DNA of 64,000 nucleotides, taken from the NCBI GenBank assembly GCA_965205645.1, contig OZ242172.1, forward strand, positions 896,122-960,121, given 5' to 3'. Every line of letters begins with the position of its first letter. Position 1 is the first letter of the stretch. Below, piece by piece: positions 8,778-21,100 of the stretch. A model generated the notes under the pieces. That model ran no database searches and had not been told where the DNA came from. It saw only the letters and a program-made list of their open reading frames with translations. Position numbers and translations under genes: made by a program. Source of the stretch: Bdellovibrionales bacterium. Its GTDB lineage: Bacteria > Bdellovibrionota > Bdellovibrionia > Bdellovibrionales > UBA1609.

Positions 8778-8884
8778 ATAATGGTGTGCTTTTGTGAGGA
8801 CAATAGTTGATAGGGTGGGCAGTATTAATGTATGTTAGTTTGGTGATTTTGGGCTTTGTAGAATGGGCAGTAAAAAAGATTCTA

Positions 8885-8958
8885 GCGGGAGTAGCTCAAT
8901 TGGCTAGAGTATCAGCCTTCCAAGCTGAGGGTTGCGGGTTCGAGACCCGTCTCCCGCT
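8885..8958 (+). tRNA. tRNA-Gly (anticodon UCC)
   Basis: Manual cloverleaf: acceptor GCGGGAG/CTCCCGC, anticodon stem TCAGC/GCTGA, loop CTTCCAA, T arm GCGGG-TTCGAGA-CCCGT. CCA is not encoded. Confidence 0.9.
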
Positions 8959-8971
8959 TTGGCTACAAGTA

Positions 8972-9043
8972 GCCCATGTGGCTCAGTGGTAGAGCACACC
9001 CTTGGTAAGGGTGAGGCCGCGGGTTCGATTCCCGCCATGGGCT
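8972..9043 (+). tRNA. tRNA-Thr (anticodon GGU)
   Basis: Acceptor GCCCATG/CATGGGC, anticodon stem CACCC/GGGTG, loop TTGGTAA, T arm GCGGG-TTCGATT-CCCGC. The position just upstream of tuf mirrors the thrT-tufB arrangement. Confidence 0.9.
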
Positions 9044-9105
9044 TTGAGTGGATAAAAAATAAATAAGTGAAAACAAATAAATTTACGCTAATAAGGGAGG
9101 AATAG

Positions 9106-10290
9106 ATGGCAAAAAAGAAGTTTCAGAGAAATAAGGAACATGTCAATGTAGGTACCATTGGTCACGTGGATCATGGAAAAACCACGCTGACAGCAGCAAT
9201 TACTTCTGTGTTATCTAAAAAAGGTGGAGCAGAGGTGATGAAATACGATCAAATTGACAAAGCTCCAGAGGAAAGAGAACGGGGAATCACCATTTCTACA
9301 GCTCATGTGGAGTATGAAACAGACAAACGCCATTATGCGCATGTAGATTGTCCTGGTCATGCGGACTACGTCAAGAACATGATTACAGGTGCCGCTCAAA
9401 TGGATGGCGCGATCTTAGTCGTGTCGGCAGCAGATGGTCCTATGCCTCAAACCCGGGAGCATATTTTGTTAGCCCGTCAGGTGGGTGTGCCAGCGATTGT
9501 GGTGTACATGAATAAATGTGATCAAGTAAATGACCAGGAACTGTTAGAACTGGTGGAAATGGAAATTAGGGAACGTTTAAGTGAGTACAAATTCCCTGGA
9601 GATAAAATTCCTGTTATCAAAGGTTCTGCATTGAAAGCTATGGAAGGGGATGCCGAGGCAGAGAAATCTATTTTGGAATTGATGAATGCAATTGATGAAC
9701 ATATTCCGTCTCCAATTCGGGATAAAGATAAACCTTTTTTGATGCCTATTGAAGATGTGTTTTCCATTTCTGGACGTGGCACGGTGGTGACTGGTCGTAT
9801 TGAAAGAGGTGTGGTGAAAGTTGGTGGAGAAGTAGAGCTTGTCGGTATTCGCGATACAAAGAAAACAGTGGTGACAGGTATAGAGATGTTCAGAAAAGAA
9901 TTGGATCGTGGGGAAGCAGGGGACAATGCGGGTTGCCTTCTTCGTGGTGTGAATAAAGAGGATGTAGAAAGGGGACAGGTGTTAGCTGCACCTGGGACCA
10001 TTAATCCTCATAAAAAGTTTAAATGTACTTGTTATGTATTAACGAAGGATGAAGGAGGTCGACATACGGCATTTTTAAATGGATATCGTCCTCAATTCTA
10101 TTTTCGTACAACGGATGTGACAGGATCTGTTGTTCTTCCGAAAGATAAGGAAATGGTTATGCCTGGAGATGACGTGAGTATGGAAGTGGATCTAATTTCT
10201 CCTATTGCTATGGAGAAAGGGAGTAAGTTTGCTGTTCGCGAAGGAGGACGTACGGTTGGTGCCGGTGTGGTTTCTGACATTATAGAGTAG
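9106..10290 (+). CDS. tuf: elongation factor Tu
   Basis: 394 aa. [18 protein letters not shown] and NKCD GTPase motifs are present and the full length matches EF-Tu. RBS AGGGAGG. Confidence 0.98.
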   Translation: MAKKKFQRNKEHVNVGTIGHVDHGKTTLTAAITSVLSKKGGAEVMKYDQIDKAPEERERGITISTAHVEYETDKRHYAHVDCPGHADYVKNMITGAAQMDGAILVVSAADGPMPQTREHILLARQVGVPAIVVYMNKCDQVNDQELLELVEMEIRERLSEYKFPGDKIPVIKGSALKAMEGDAEAEKSILELMNAIDEHIPSPIRDKDKPFLMPIEDVFSISGRGTVVTGRIERGVVKVGGEVELVGIRDTKKTVVTGIEMFRKELDRGEAGDNAGCLLRGVNKEDVERGQVLAAPGTINPHKKFKCTCYVLTKDEGGRHTAFLNGYRPQFYFRTTDVTGSVVLPKDKEMVMPGDDVSMEVDLISPIAMEKGSKFAVREGGRTVGAGVVSDIIE

Positions 10291-10359
10291 AGCGACTGAA
10301 AGTAATAACAAACTAAATAGATTTTAAGGTATTTTTTAGAAAATTGGTGATAGATATAA

Positions 10360-10432
10360 AGGGCAGTAGCTCTAATGGTAGAGCGGCGGACTCCAAATCC
10401 GTAGGTTGGGGGTTCGAGTCCCTCCTGCCCTG
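10360..10432 (+). tRNA. tRNA-Trp (anticodon CCA)
   Basis: Acceptor AGGGCAG/CTGCCCT, anticodon stem GCGGA/TCCGT, loop CTCCAAA, T loop TTCGAGT. It occupies the canonical position between tuf and secE. Confidence 0.9.
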
Positions 10433-10669
10433 TTGTAAGTGAAGTAGAGGGACTCGAAGCAAGTGAGTGGCTTGCAGTGTTTGCGACTAAAGGGAGCAAG
10501 GAACGCAGGACAGAAAATCGTGGATGATTTTTGAGTGAGCGAGGGGAGCCTACGCAGAGAGGGAGCGTGAGGCGAGCGAACGTAGTAGGCGAAGTCCTTC
10601 CTGCCCTGTTGTGAATGAATGTGAAGAGAGTAAATATTGGCAGTATCGTATAGTAAAACATACATAGAG

Positions 10670-10697
10670 GGACAGGGACTGGAACCTGTCCTGTTTA
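10670..10697 (+). terminator. weak hairpin, possible terminator/attenuator between tRNA-Trp and secE
   Basis: GGACAGG (10670-76) and CCTGTCC (10685-91) form a stem with an 8-nt loop. Only TGTTT follows. Confidence 0.3.
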
Positions 10698-10751
10698 GTT
10701 ATTAATGAGAGTACAAAGTCATACATGTAAAATAAATACTGGAAACAAAAT

Positions 10752-11132
10752 ATGATTAAAGAAGAAAATTTAAAAATTATTATGGTATTTTTTGTAGCCG
10801 CAGCTTTTTTAGCGGCTTTTGTCGCACGAGTGCTATTGGAATCATTCGCAACGTATTTCAGTTGGGTTGCAATGATGTACGGGCAAGAGTGGGTTCGACA
10901 TGGTGTACCGGTCGTTGTTGGCTTAAGTATATTTTTTGGTTTGCAACTAAGAGAACAAGCAAGAATTTGGGCACATGAAGTGATAGTAGAAGTACGAAAA
11001 GTAGTTTGGCCTTCTCAAAAAATAACGGGAGCAATGACAATGATGGTTTGTATTATTTTATTGATATCCGGTTTTGTATTAGGTTTGTTTGATTTGGCTG
11101 GTGCGGCAGTTATTGATTTTATTATTAAGTAA
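10752..11132 (+). CDS. secE: preprotein translocase subunit SecE
   Basis: 126 aa with three hydrophobic segments. The conserved E.RKVVWPS... motif precedes the last TM segment. It sits in its canonical position before nusG. Confidence 0.85.
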   Translation: MIKEENLKIIMVFFVAAAFLAAFVARVLLESFATYFSWVAMMYGQEWVRHGVPVVVGLSIFFGLQLREQARIWAHEVIVEVRKVVWPSQKITGAMTMMVCIILLISGFVLGLFDLAGAAVIDFIIK

Positions 11133-11150
11133 GTAAGTAAAAAAGGGGTA

Positions 11151-11723
11151 GTGGTGAGTTCTGAACCAACGGAAAAATCTAAAGCGAACGAGCAATTTAA
11201 GTGGTATATTATTAAGACGAAGGCTAATTGTGAGTCTAAGGCACGGGAATCTATACAGCGAGTCACCGAAGATCGTGGGTTGCTCTCTCAAGTACAGGAT
11301 ATTTTAGTACCGGAGAAGGAAGTGGTGGATATCGTGCGAGGAAAAAAGACCACTCGATTAAAAAGAATTTATCCTGGCTATATTTTTATTCAAATGGAGT
11401 TAAGTAATCAGTTATGGCATTTGATTAAGAATGCTTCTCATGTTATTAACTTTGTTGGAAAACAAGGTCAGCCAGTAGAAGTTCCGACGCAACAAATTGA
11501 TAATATTACACATCAGATGGAAGAAGAGCAGGCGCATCCTCAATCTCGGGTTTCTTTTACCATGCAAGAAGCGGTGAAAGTGATAGATGGACCTTTTAAA
11601 GGGTTTAACGGTGTCGTGGAGGATGTGAATCAGGAAAAATGTCGAGTAAAAGTGTCGGTTAGTATTTTTGGTCGTCCCACGCCAGTGGAGCTGGATTTCG
11701 CTCAGGTACACCGAGATGAATAG
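11151..11723 (+). CDS. nusG: transcription termination/antitermination factor NusG
   Basis: 190 aa. NGN domain (KWYIIKT...) and C-terminal KOW (VKVIDGPFKGFNGVVEDV...V.VSIFGRPTPVEL). The start is GTG. Confidence 0.95.
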   Translation: MVSSEPTEKSKANEQFKWYIIKTKANCESKARESIQRVTEDRGLLSQVQDILVPEKEVVDIVRGKKTTRLKRIYPGYIFIQMELSNQLWHLIKNASHVINFVGKQGQPVEVPTQQIDNITHQMEEEQAHPQSRVSFTMQEAVKVIDGPFKGFNGVVEDVNQEKCRVKVSVSIFGRPTPVELDFAQVHRDE

Positions 11724-11770
11724 GATTTAGCGACTAAAGTTTCAACCTAGTTTTTAAAAGGAAAGTAAAA

Positions 11771-12226
11771 ATGGCTATTGCTAAAAAAATGGTTGCTAAA
11801 ATTAAGCTTCAAATTCCTGCTGGAAAAGCTAATCCTGCGCCTCCAATAGGTCCGGCATTAGGGCAGCATGGTGTGAACATTATGGATTTTTGCAAACAAT
11901 TTAATGCAAGAACTCAAAAAATGGGGGAAACAATTGTTCCAGTCATTATAGAGGTAGCATCAGATCGTTCTTTTTCTTTTGTGACGAAGACTCCTCCTGT
12001 GTCTATTTTATTAAAGCAGGCTGCGGGGATTAAAAGTGGTTCCAAGATGCCTCAGAAGGATAAAGTGGGAATACTTAGTCGAGAAAAAATTAAAGAGATT
12101 GCACAAGTGAAGTTGCCTGATTTAAATGGCACACGGCTAAATTCGGCGATGACGCAGGTGATTGGCACTTGTCACAGTATGGGTTTGCAAGTGGAAGCAG
12201 AGACAAAAGAGGAAAAAAAGACGTGA
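11771..12226 (+). CDS. rplK: 50S ribosomal protein L11
   Basis: [32 protein letters not shown] is the L11 signature. It carries a short acidic/Lys C-terminal extension. Confidence 0.95.
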   Translation: MAIAKKMVAKIKLQIPAGKANPAPPIGPALGQHGVNIMDFCKQFNARTQKMGETIVPVIIEVASDRSFSFVTKTPPVSILLKQAAGIKSGSKMPQKDKVGILSREKIKEIAQVKLPDLNGTRLNSAMTQVIGTCHSMGLQVEAETKEEKKT

Positions 12227-12921
12227 GTAGTAAAAAATATCAAACGATACAAAAAAAAATAGAAACAGAACGTTTATACTCAATAGATGAGGCTATTCGG
12301 TTCGTGGTGGATCATCCGGCGACTCAATTTGATGAAACAGTGGACGCAGCAATTGGCTTGGGAATGGATGGTAGTTCCAGTGATCATCAGATTCGTGGGT
12401 TTACTGTATTGCCTCATGGGTTAGGTCGTTCACGTCGCGTATTAGTATTTGCCAAAGGGGCTGAGGAGGAAATGGCAAAGGCTGCTGGCGCAGATATTGT
12501 TGGAGCAGAGGATTTATTGGAAAAGATTAAAAAAGGATGGATGGATTTTGATGTGGCCATTGCCGCTCCAGATATGATGCCATTGGTATCAAAAATTGCT
12601 AAAATTTTAGGTCCTAAGGGTTTGATGCCTAATCCGAAAATGGGAACAATGACGAAGAAGGTGGATGTGGCAGTAGAGACGGAAAAGAAGGGAAAAGTGA
12701 CTTTTCGGTCAGATAAAAATGGTATTGTTCATGGATCAGTCGGTCGACGTTCTCAAGGGGCTGAATATCTTAAAAATAATTTTTTGACTTTTTTACAGGC
12801 TGTGGTAAAGGCTAAAACTCCTTCTGGCAAAGGAGTGTATCTGAAAAAAATTACTTTATCTTCTACAATGGGTCCACCCATTGCGACGGATATAAATGAC
12901 AAAGAATTACAAACAGCTTGA
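12223..12921 (+). CDS. rplA: 50S ribosomal protein L1
   Basis: L1-like throughout (VDAAIGLG.D......IRG...LPHG.G...RVLVFA). I moved the start to the GTG at 12223, which overlaps the rplK stop (GTGA). The track start at 12169 would run through the rplK 3' end. Confidence 0.9.
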   Translation: MSSKKYQTIQKKIETERLYSIDEAIRFVVDHPATQFDETVDAAIGLGMDGSSSDHQIRGFTVLPHGLGRSRRVLVFAKGAEEEMAKAAGADIVGAEDLLEKIKKGWMDFDVAIAAPDMMPLVSKIAKILGPKGLMPNPKMGTMTKKVDVAVETEKKGKVTFRSDKNGIVHGSVGRRSQGAEYLKNNFLTFLQAVVKAKTPSGKGVYLKKITLSSTMGPPIATDINDKELQTA

Positions 12922-13020
12922 GATAATAGATTGAGCAAGTATATGGAAATAATCCAAGTAATAAAGTAGTGTAAGAAAAATAGTTATGAATAAATTTATA
13001 TCCCAGAGGGAATTGTTACA

Positions 13021-13563
13021 TTGATCACTAAAGCAGATAAAGAAAAACAAGTGCAGGAGCTATCGGATAGCCTTAAAAAAGCTAAAGCGGCTTTTTTGGT
13101 GGGATTCCAGGGGATAAATGTAGAGCAAGTTACGCAGATGAGGAAAGATTTGCAGAAAAATGCAGGAGAGATGAAAGTATTTCGGAATACTTTACTAAAG
13201 CAAGCTTTAGTAAAAGAACCTGAAATTCTGAAGCATTTGACACCAACACTGACAGGAGCTAATGCATTTGTGTTTGCAATGGATGATCCTTGTTCTGTGG
13301 CAAAAACAATTACCAATTACGTCAAACAAACAGAAATTTTAAAAATTAAAACTGGTGTACTGGAAGGTAAAGGTATCTCTGCTTTGGATGTTAAAACTTT
13401 AGGTGCTTTACCGTCTATCAATGTGTTAAAAGCACAGTTATTAGCTGTGTTTTCAGCTCCTCTACGTCGCGTATTGTATGTTTTATCCGCAGCGCCGATT
13501 GGTTTTTTACGTGTGATTCAAATGGTTCAAAAACAAAAACAAGAAATGAAAGATGGAGGCTAA
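13021..13563 (+). CDS. rplJ: 50S ribosomal protein L10
   Basis: 180 aa with a TTG start after RBS AGAGGGA. L10-like N-terminus ([30 protein letters not shown]...LR). Sits in its conserved position. Confidence 0.9.
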   Translation: MITKADKEKQVQELSDSLKKAKAAFLVGFQGINVEQVTQMRKDLQKNAGEMKVFRNTLLKQALVKEPEILKHLTPTLTGANAFVFAMDDPCSVAKTITNYVKQTEILKIKTGVLEGKGISALDVKTLGALPSINVLKAQLLAVFSAPLRRVLYVLSAAPIGFLRVIQMVQKQKQEMKDGG

Positions 13564-13565
13564 CT

Positions 13566-13931
13566 ATGACGATAACAAAAGATCAGTTGATTGATCATCT
13601 CTCTAAAATGCCAGTGATGGATTTAGCTGGGTTGGTAAAAGACTTGGAAGATAAATGGGGAGTCAGTGCGGCTCAGCCGGTCGCAGCGGCGGCACCAGCA
13701 GCGGCGGTAGTAGAGGAAAAAACAGAATTTAATGTTATTTTAGCAGGCATTGGATCGAATAAAATTGCAGTGATTAAGGAAGTACGTAGTCTGACTGGTT
13801 TAGGTTTGAAGGAAGCTAAAGAACTCGTAGATAGTGCACCAAAGATGATTAAACAGAAAATTTCCAAGGAAGAGGCGGATAAAATGAAATCAGCTTTAGA
13901 GAAAGCTGGCGCCAAGGTGGAAATAAAATAA
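13566..13931 (+). CDS. rplL: 50S ribosomal protein L7/L12
   Basis: 121 aa with an Ala-rich hinge and a [25 protein letters not shown]-terminal domain. Confidence 0.97.
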   Translation: MTITKDQLIDHLSKMPVMDLAGLVKDLEDKWGVSAAQPVAAAAPAAAVVEEKTEFNVILAGIGSNKIAVIKEVRSLTGLGLKEAKELVDSAPKMIKQKISKEEADKMKSALEKAGAKVEIK

Positions 13932-13989
13932 TTGTCTAAAAAATCTGCTTTGTTTGTAGAGTAGTTATCATAATAGAGGAGAAGGCAAT

Positions 13990-16900
13990 ATGTCCGGTAT
14001 TCCTATAACGGCATCTAATATTCGTTTAAGGAAAAATTTTGGCCGCATGACTGGGGCTGTATCTGTTCCTAATTTAATTGAACTGCAAAAATGTTCTTAT
14101 GAAGATTTTTTACAGAAAGATATGGATCCAGAGCATCGGAAAAACCGCGGCTTGCAAGCCGTCTTTCATTCTGTGTTTCCTATTATGGATTATAAAGGCG
14201 CTGTTCGGATGGAATTCATCAAGTACACTCTACAGCATCCTAATTATGATATTGATGAATGTCGACAACGAAAAATGAGTTATGCAGCTCCATTAAAAAT
14301 TCTATTACGATTAGTGGTGTTTGATATTCAAAAAGGAACAGAAAAGAAAACAATCAAAGATGTCAAAGAACAGGAGGTTTTTTTAGGAGAAATTCCTTTA
14401 ATGACAGCTAGTGGATCTTTTATTATTAACGGTACAGAGAGAGTTATTGTTTCTCAACTGCATCGTTCACCAGGGGTGTTCTTTGATCATGATAGTGGTC
14501 AATCTAATATTAGTGGTAAAATTATTTATTCTGCTCGTGTGATTCCTTATCGGGGTTCATGGTTGGACTTTGAGTTTGATCATAAAGATTTAATCTATGC
14601 ACGTATTGATCGTCGTCGTAAATTTCCCGCCACGATCTTTTTAAAAGCATTGGGATGTTCGGAAGAAGAAATTTTAGATTATTTTTATGACGTATCCCTT
14701 GTTACTGTGCGATCCGGAAAAATTTTTCGCCATATTGATATTGAAAAAATGCAAGGTCAAAGAGCACTAACAGACATAAAGAATAAGGGACATACTTTGG
14801 TAAAAGCGGGATGGAGAATCACTCGCCTGGCTATTAAAAAAGTTTTAGCAGCAGGGATTAAGAAAATTGAATTATCCCCAGAGAATTTAAATGGAGCAGT
14901 GCTTGCTAAACCAGTTTTTGATGCACAAACCGGAGAGATTATTGCAGACACTAATCAACATATGACAGAGGGAGTTTTTCAACAAGCTCGCAAGAAAGGT
15001 CTTTCTGATTTTCAGTTGATTTTCTTTGATGGCTTAGCGGTGGATCCTTATCTGAGTAATACCTTGTTGATAGATAAAGTATTCGATCAACCAGAAGCGT
15101 TGATGGATATTTATAAAAGAATGCGACCCGGTGAACCTCCCACTTTAGAAACAGCACAGATGTTTTTTAAACGTTTATTTTTTGATCCAGAGACGTATGA
15201 TTTAGGGGCAGTGGGACGTTTAAAACTGGCTCATCGATTTCCTCCATCTGTTGAGGCGAATGGGAAAGAACCTAATGTTCTGAACAAGCAAGATGTATTA
15301 AATGTATTTCGTACTTTAATTGATTTGAAAAATGGCAAAGGTCAGGTAGATGATATTGATCATTTAGGTAATCGTCGTGTACGTTCAGTGGGTGAGTTAT
15401 TAGAAAATCAGTATCGAATTGGTTTAGTTAGAATGGAGAGAGTGATTCGTGAACGTATGAGTGTAAAAGACTTAGATACAATGATGCCACATGATTTAGT
15501 TAACGCTAAATCAGTGTCAGCGGTTATTAAGGAATTTTTCGGTTCCAGTCAGCTTTCACAATTTATGGATCAAACAAATCCTTTAGCAGAAATCACACAT
15601 AAACGTCGACTGTCTGCATTAGGTCCGGGTGGATTGACTCGTGATCGAGCTGGGTTTGAAGTGCGGGACGTACATCCTACACATTATGGGCGAATCTGCC
15701 CCATTGAAACACCGGAAGGTCCCAATATTGGATTAATTGCTTCACTAGCCACTTTTGCTCGTATTAATCAATACGGATTTATTGAAACTCCTTATTGTGA
15801 AGTTAAAAAAAATAAAGTGACAGATTCGGTAAAATATATTTCTGCTTTGGAGGAACAACGGCATTGTATTGCTCAGGCAGATTCTCATTTTAATAATATT
15901 CCCAATGGTAGCAATGTAACCGTACGTATGGACGGGGAATACAAAATGGTACGAAAGGAAGAAGTCTCTTTAATGGATGTATCTCCCAGTCAATTAGTCT
16001 CTATTGCCTCTTCGTTGATTCCTTTTCTGGAACATGATGACGCGAATCGAGCCTTAATGGGATCTAATATGCAGCGGCAGGCAGTACCCTTAGTGACAGC
16101 ACGTGCACCTTTGGTGGGCACAGGAGTGGAACAACTGGTCGCCAGGGATTCCGGCACAAGTGTTGTGTGTAAAGCGGAGGGTATTGTGGAGGAAGTGGAT
16201 GCGGGATGTATTGTGGTTCGTTTATTTCAAAAAAGTGGGCGCTTAGGTGCCAGTGTGGATATTTACAACTTAGTAAAATATCAACGAACGAATCAAAATA
16301 CTTGTTTCAATCAACGTCCAATTGTGCAGGTAGGAGATCGTATTCGCAAAGGAGATGTGATTGCAGATGGGCCTTCTACGGATCACGGAGAATTGGCTTT
16401 AGGACAAAACGTATTGGTGGCTTTTACTCCCTGGGCTGGCTACAATTTTGAAGATTCTATATTAATTTCAAAACGTTTAATTAAAGATAATGTGTACACT
16501 TCTATTCATATTGAGGAATTTGAATGTATGGCTCGTGATACTAAGTTAGGTAGTGAAGAGATCACAGCGGATATTGCAAATGTTGGAGAAGAAGCTTTAA
16601 GAAATTTAGATAGCTCAGGTATTATTCATATTGGAGCGAAGGTTAAGCCAGGAGATATTTTGGTTGGTAAAGTAACTCCCAAGGGAGAAACACAAGTATC
16701 TCCAGAGAAAAAACTTTTATTAGCTATTTTTGGAGAGAAGGCAGGAGAAGTGCGTGATACGTCACTTTGTGCACCTTCTGGAGTGTATGGTACGGTAATT
16801 AACACACAAATTTACAGCCGGGATCCCATGGATCAGAATGAAAGATTAAAAATAATTATTAATGAAAAAAAGGAAAAGCTTACAAAAGATTTTGGAATTG

Positions 16901-18138
16901 AAAAAAGTATTATTCAGAATAACACTTTTGATCAAATGAAGGAAATTTTAGTTGGGCAGAAAACCGGAGATGTGTTGTTAAGTGATGATGGTTCTCAGGA
17001 GTTATTGTCAACAGGACATGTCATTACTAGTCAGGATATTGATCGAATTCCTTTTGATTTGCTGGCGTATATTCCTTTGAAGAATGGACAAGTGGGGGAA
17101 CAAATATCTCGCTTGGCAGAACAAGCTAAAAATCGTGTATCTACTGTGGAAATGGTGTTTCGGGATCGTGTGGATCGGTTGTTTAAGGGAGATGAAATGG
17201 CTCCAGGTGTGATTAAAATGGTGAAGGTATATGTAGCAGTGAAGCGTAAATTAAAAGTGGGAGATAAATTTGCTGGTCGACATGGAAATAAAGGGGTGAT
17301 TTCGCATATTTTATCGGAAGAGAGTATGCCGTACTTAATGGATGGCACTCCTGTAGACATGGTGTTGAATCCTTTAGGTGTTCCTTCTCGGATGAATATC
17401 GGTCAAATTTTAGAAACGCATTTAGGGTGGGCGGCTTATGATTTAGGTCGTCAGTTGCAGCAGTATTTAGATGTATTTCAAGCGGATAAAGCGCGACAAA
17501 GTTTATTACATTTTTATAAAGAAGATAAAGTTATTTCTGATAAAATAAAAAAAGCAGATAAGCCGTCATTAAAGAAAATGATTCATGAACTGCGAGATGG
17601 AATATTTATTTCCACACCAGTGTTTGATGGCGCGCGTGAAAAAGATGTGAAAGATTTACTGGTGGAAGCAGGTCTTCCTCGTTCAGGACAGACGGTCTTA
17701 TTTGATGGTCGTACGGGAGAGCCTTTCCATCGTTCAGTCACTGTTGGAATCATGTATATGCTAAAATTGCATCACTTAGTGGAAGAAAAAATTCATGCAC
17801 GTTCTATTGGTCCTTATTCTTTAGTTTCACAGCAGCCCTTGGGTGGTAAAGCACAGTTTGGTGGTCAACGTTTGGGTGAGATGGAAGTATGGGCGATTGA
17901 AGCATACGGTGCAGCTTATTGTTTACAAGAGTTTTTGACAGTTAAGTCAGATGATGTGGTTGGGCGTACACGGATGTATGAAAGTATCGTAAAAGGAGAG
18001 CATGTGTTAGAGCCAGGTATACCGGAATCTTTTAATGTGTTGGTTAAAGAACTTCAAAGTTTGGGTTTAAATATAGAGATGATAGAATCGGAAATGTTAA
18101 CGGAACAGCCAAAGGAACAGCCAAAGGATAATAAATGA
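13990..18138 (+). CDS. rpoB: DNA-directed RNA polymerase subunit beta
   Basis: 1382 aa with canonical rpoB blocks ([16 protein letters not shown], etc.). Confidence 0.99.
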   Translation: MSGIPITASNIRLRKNFGRMTGAVSVPNLIELQKCSYEDFLQKDMDPEHRKNRGLQAVFHSVFPIMDYKGAVRMEFIKYTLQHPNYDIDECRQRKMSYAAPLKILLRLVVFDIQKGTEKKTIKDVKEQEVFLGEIPLMTASGSFIINGTERVIVSQLHRSPGVFFDHDSGQSNISGKIIYSARVIPYRGSWLDFEFDHKDLIYARIDRRRKFPATIFLKALGCSEEEILDYFYDVSLVTVRSGKIFRHIDIEKMQGQRALTDIKNKGHTLVKAGWRITRLAIKKVLAAGIKKIELSPENLNGAVLAKPVFDAQTGEIIADTNQHMTEGVFQQARKKGLSDFQLIFFDGLAVDPYLSNTLLIDKVFDQPEALMDIYKRMRPGEPPTLETAQMFFKRLFFDPETYDLGAVGRLKLAHRFPPSVEANGKEPNVLNKQDVLNVFRTLIDLKNGKGQVDDIDHLGNRRVRSVGELLENQYRIGLVRMERVIRERMSVKDLDTMMPHDLVNAKSVSAVIKEFFGSSQLSQFMDQTNPLAEITHKRRLSALGPGGLTRDRAGFEVRDVHPTHYGRICPIETPEGPNIGLIASLATFARINQYGFIETPYCEVKKNKVTDSVKYISALEEQRHCIAQADSHFNNIPNGSNVTVRMDGEYKMVRKEEVSLMDVSPSQLVSIASSLIPFLEHDDANRALMGSNMQRQAVPLVTARAPLVGTGVEQLVARDSGTSVVCKAEGIVEEVDAGCIVVRLFQKSGRLGASVDIYNLVKYQRTNQNTCFNQRPIVQVGDRIRKGDVIADGPSTDHGELALGQNVLVAFTPWAGYNFEDSILISKRLIKDNVYTSIHIEEFECMARDTKLGSEEITADIANVGEEALRNLDSSGIIHIGAKVKPGDILVGKVTPKGETQVSPEKKLLLAIFGEKAGEVRDTSLCAPSGVYGTVINTQIYSRDPMDQNERLKIIINEKKEKLTKDFGIEKSIIQNNTFDQMKEILVGQKTGDVLLSDDGSQELLSTGHVITSQDIDRIPFDLLAYIPLKNGQVGEQISRLAEQAKNRVSTVEMVFRDRVDRLFKGDEMAPGVIKMVKVYVAVKRKLKVGDKFAGRHGNKGVISHILSEESMPYLMDGTPVDMVLNPLGVPSRMNIGQILETHLGWAAYDLGRQLQQYLDVFQADKARQSLLHFYKEDKVISDKIKKADKPSLKKMIHELRDGIFISTPVFDGAREKDVKDLLVEAGLPRSGQTVLFDGRTGEPFHRSVTVGIMYMLKLHHLVEEKIHARSIGPYSLVSQQPLGGKAQFGGQRLGEMEVWAIEAYGAAYCLQEFLTVKSDDVVGRTRMYESIVKGEHVLEPGIPESFNVLVKELQSLGLNIEMIESEMLTEQPKEQPKDNK

Positions 18139-21100
18139 GAGACTTGTTGAATTTTTTTGATAAGCCAAAAGATCCCTTAGCATTTAATGGAGTGAAGGTA
18201 TCACTCGCTTCACCAGATAAAATTCGTGATTGGAGTTATGGGGAAGTAAGAAAACCAGAGACGATCAATTACCGAACCTTTAAACCGGAAAGAGAAGGGC
18301 TTTTTTGCGCAAAGATTTTTGGACCGATTAAAGATTACGAATGTGTGTGCGGCAAGTACAAGGGTATGAAGTATCGTGGGGTGATCTGTGAGAAATGTGG
18401 TGTGGAAATCACTAAATCTAAAGTAAGAAGAGAACGTTTGGGACATATTCAGTTAGCAACTCCGGTTGCTCATGTGTGGATGCTGCGGTCACTGCCTAGT
18501 CGGATGGGTGTTTTGCTGGATATGAATCTAAAGGAAGTAGAGAGAGTTTTATACTGTGAATCCTATGCGGTATTGGATCCAAAGGATACGGAACTTAAGA
18601 AAGGACAGTTATTGTCGGAAGTAGAGTACCAAAATGCTCAAGAACAGCATGGTATACGTTTTTCTGCATTAACAGGTGGAGAAGCGATTCGGGATTTATT
18701 AAAAGGTTTAGATTTAGATTATTTATCTCGTAAAATTCGTCGGGAATTAAAAACAACAACTTTAGTCACACTGACAAAAAAACTCACTAAGCGGTTAAGG
18801 GTAGTGGAGACTTTTCTTCATTCGGATAATAAGCCAGAGTGGATGATGATAGAAGCGCTTCCTGTGATTCCTCCAGATTTAAGACCTTTAGTGCCTTTAG
18901 ATGGAGGACGTTTTGCTGCTTCGGATTTGAATGATTTATATCGACGAGTCATTAACCGGAACAATCGTTTGCGCAAATTACAAGAGTTGAGTGCACCAGA
19001 GGTGATTATTCGTAACGAAAAAAGAATGCTTCAAGAAGCAGTGGATTCTTTATTAGATAATGGACGTGGTGGTAAGACATTTACTAGTGCGAATAAACGG
19101 CCTTTACGTTCATTGAGTGATATGTTGAAAGGAAAACAAGGTCGGTTTCGTCAAAACTTACTAGGTAAACGGGTAGATTATTCCGGACGTTCCGTCATTG
19201 TTGTGGGTCCAAAGTTACGTTTGCATCAATGTGGTATTCCTAAAAAAATGGCTTTGGAGTTATTTAAACCGTTTGTGTACAGTAAACTTCAAGAAAGAAA
19301 TTTAGCGATTACTATTAAGCAGGCGAAAAAACTAGTGGATCAGGAGAGTGTAGAAGTATGGGATATTTTATCGGAAGTTGTTAAAGAGCACCCTGTGTTA
19401 CTCAACCGTGCTCCGACATTACACCGTTTGGGTATTCAGGCGTTTGAGCCGGTTCTTCATGAAGGTAAAGCTATTCAGCTACATCCACTCGTGTGTACAG
19501 CGTTTAACGCGGATTTTGATGGCGATCAAATGGCAGTGCATGTGCCTTTGTCGGTAGAGGCACAGGTGGAAGCACGTGTATTAATTATGTCGACAAATAA
19601 TATTTTAAGTCCGGCCAGTGGTAAGCCTATCATTAACCCGACTCAAGATATTGTACTTGGTATTTATTGGATGACACGTATTCGGCCTGGGGCAAAAGGA
19701 ACAGGTAAGGTTTTCGGTAGCGTGCGAGACGTGATTTATGCTTACGAAAATGATTATATAGATTTACAAGCAAAGATTCAATGTCGGATTAAAAATAAGC
19801 GGATGGATATTTCCGTCGGTCGTGTATTGCTCAGTGATGTCATTCCTAAAGAAGTGCCTGTGGAATATTATAATAAATTAATGACTAAAAAAGTTTTAGC
19901 GGATTTAGTTGATAAGACTTTCCGATTATGTGGTGGAAAGAAGACAGTCCTATTAGCAGATGCATTGAAAAATTATGGGTTTAAATATTCTACTTTGGCT
20001 GGCATCTCTATTTGTTTAGATGATTTGGAAATTCCAAAATCTAAGGAATCTCTGTTAAAAGCTGCTCGCATGGAAGTGGAGGAAATTCGTGCGCAATATG
20101 ATGAGGGACTTATTACAGATAGTGAAAGGTATAACAAGGTAGTGGATATTTGGACACACTGTGGGGATCAAGTAGCTACAGAAATGATGAATAATTTGGA
20201 AAAAGAAACTTTTATTTTAAAAGATAAGTCTCAGATTAAATCAGATAGTTTTAATTCTGTTTTTATTATGGCGGATTCAGGGGCACGAGGTTCAGCGGCT
20301 CAAATTCGTCAGTTGGCAGGAATGCGGGGTTTAATGGCTAAACCTTCTCAAGAGATTATTGAAACTCCTATTACAGCTAACTTCCGAGAAGGGTTAACCG
20401 TTTTACAATATTTTATTTCCACACATGGAGCTAGGAAGGGATTAGCGGATACAGCATTAAAGACAGCTAATTCAGGTTATTTAACACGTAAATTGGTGGA
20501 TGTAGCCCAGGATATTGTAGTCACTGAAGTAGACTGTCAAACATCGGAGTATGTAGAGGTAAGTGCACCGATGGATAGTTCTGGTATTGAACAATCTTTA
20601 GGAGATCGTGTTTTAGGTCGCACTGCTTTTGAGGACATTCATCATTCGGAATCGGGACAGTTAATTATTAAAGCTGGGGATGAAATTAATGAAGAGAGAT
20701 TAACTGATTTGGAATCTTTTGGTGTTGAATCCGTTAAAATTCGTTCGGCTTTAACTTGTCGAGCACGTCGAGGAGTTTGTGTTAAATGTTATAGTCGTGA
20801 TTTAGCACGTGGTGGTGCAGTGGCTTTAGGTGAACCGGTGGGAGTGATTGCTGCGCAATCTATTGGTGAGCCGGGGACTCAGTTGACGATGAAAACGTTT
20901 CATACAGGAGGAACGGCGTCGCGTGCAGTAGAGCAATCAGTACATATTGCTCGTCATGATGGTGTGGTGAAATTTGAGCATATTTCTTATGTACAGAACC
21001 GAAATAAAAAATGGACAGTTATTAATCGTGGTGGAGAGTTAGTGATAGCAGATTCATCCGATCGGGAAAGAGAACGGCTGAAAGTTCCTTATGGATCGCA

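Noticed and set aside
8807-8992. 61-aa ORF
   Set aside because: It overlaps tRNA-Gly and tRNA-Thr on the same strand and is not coding.
9211-10001. Minus-strand ORFs inside tuf
   Set aside because: They are antisense to EF-Tu and have no support.
10098-10665. 187-aa and 97-aa minus-strand ORFs
   Set aside because: They are antisense to the tuf 3' end, tRNA-Trp and the purine-rich insert. There is no independent support.
12169-12222. Upstream extension of rplA
   Set aside because: It overlaps the rplK coding end in another frame. The L1 homology starts at the GTG at 12223.
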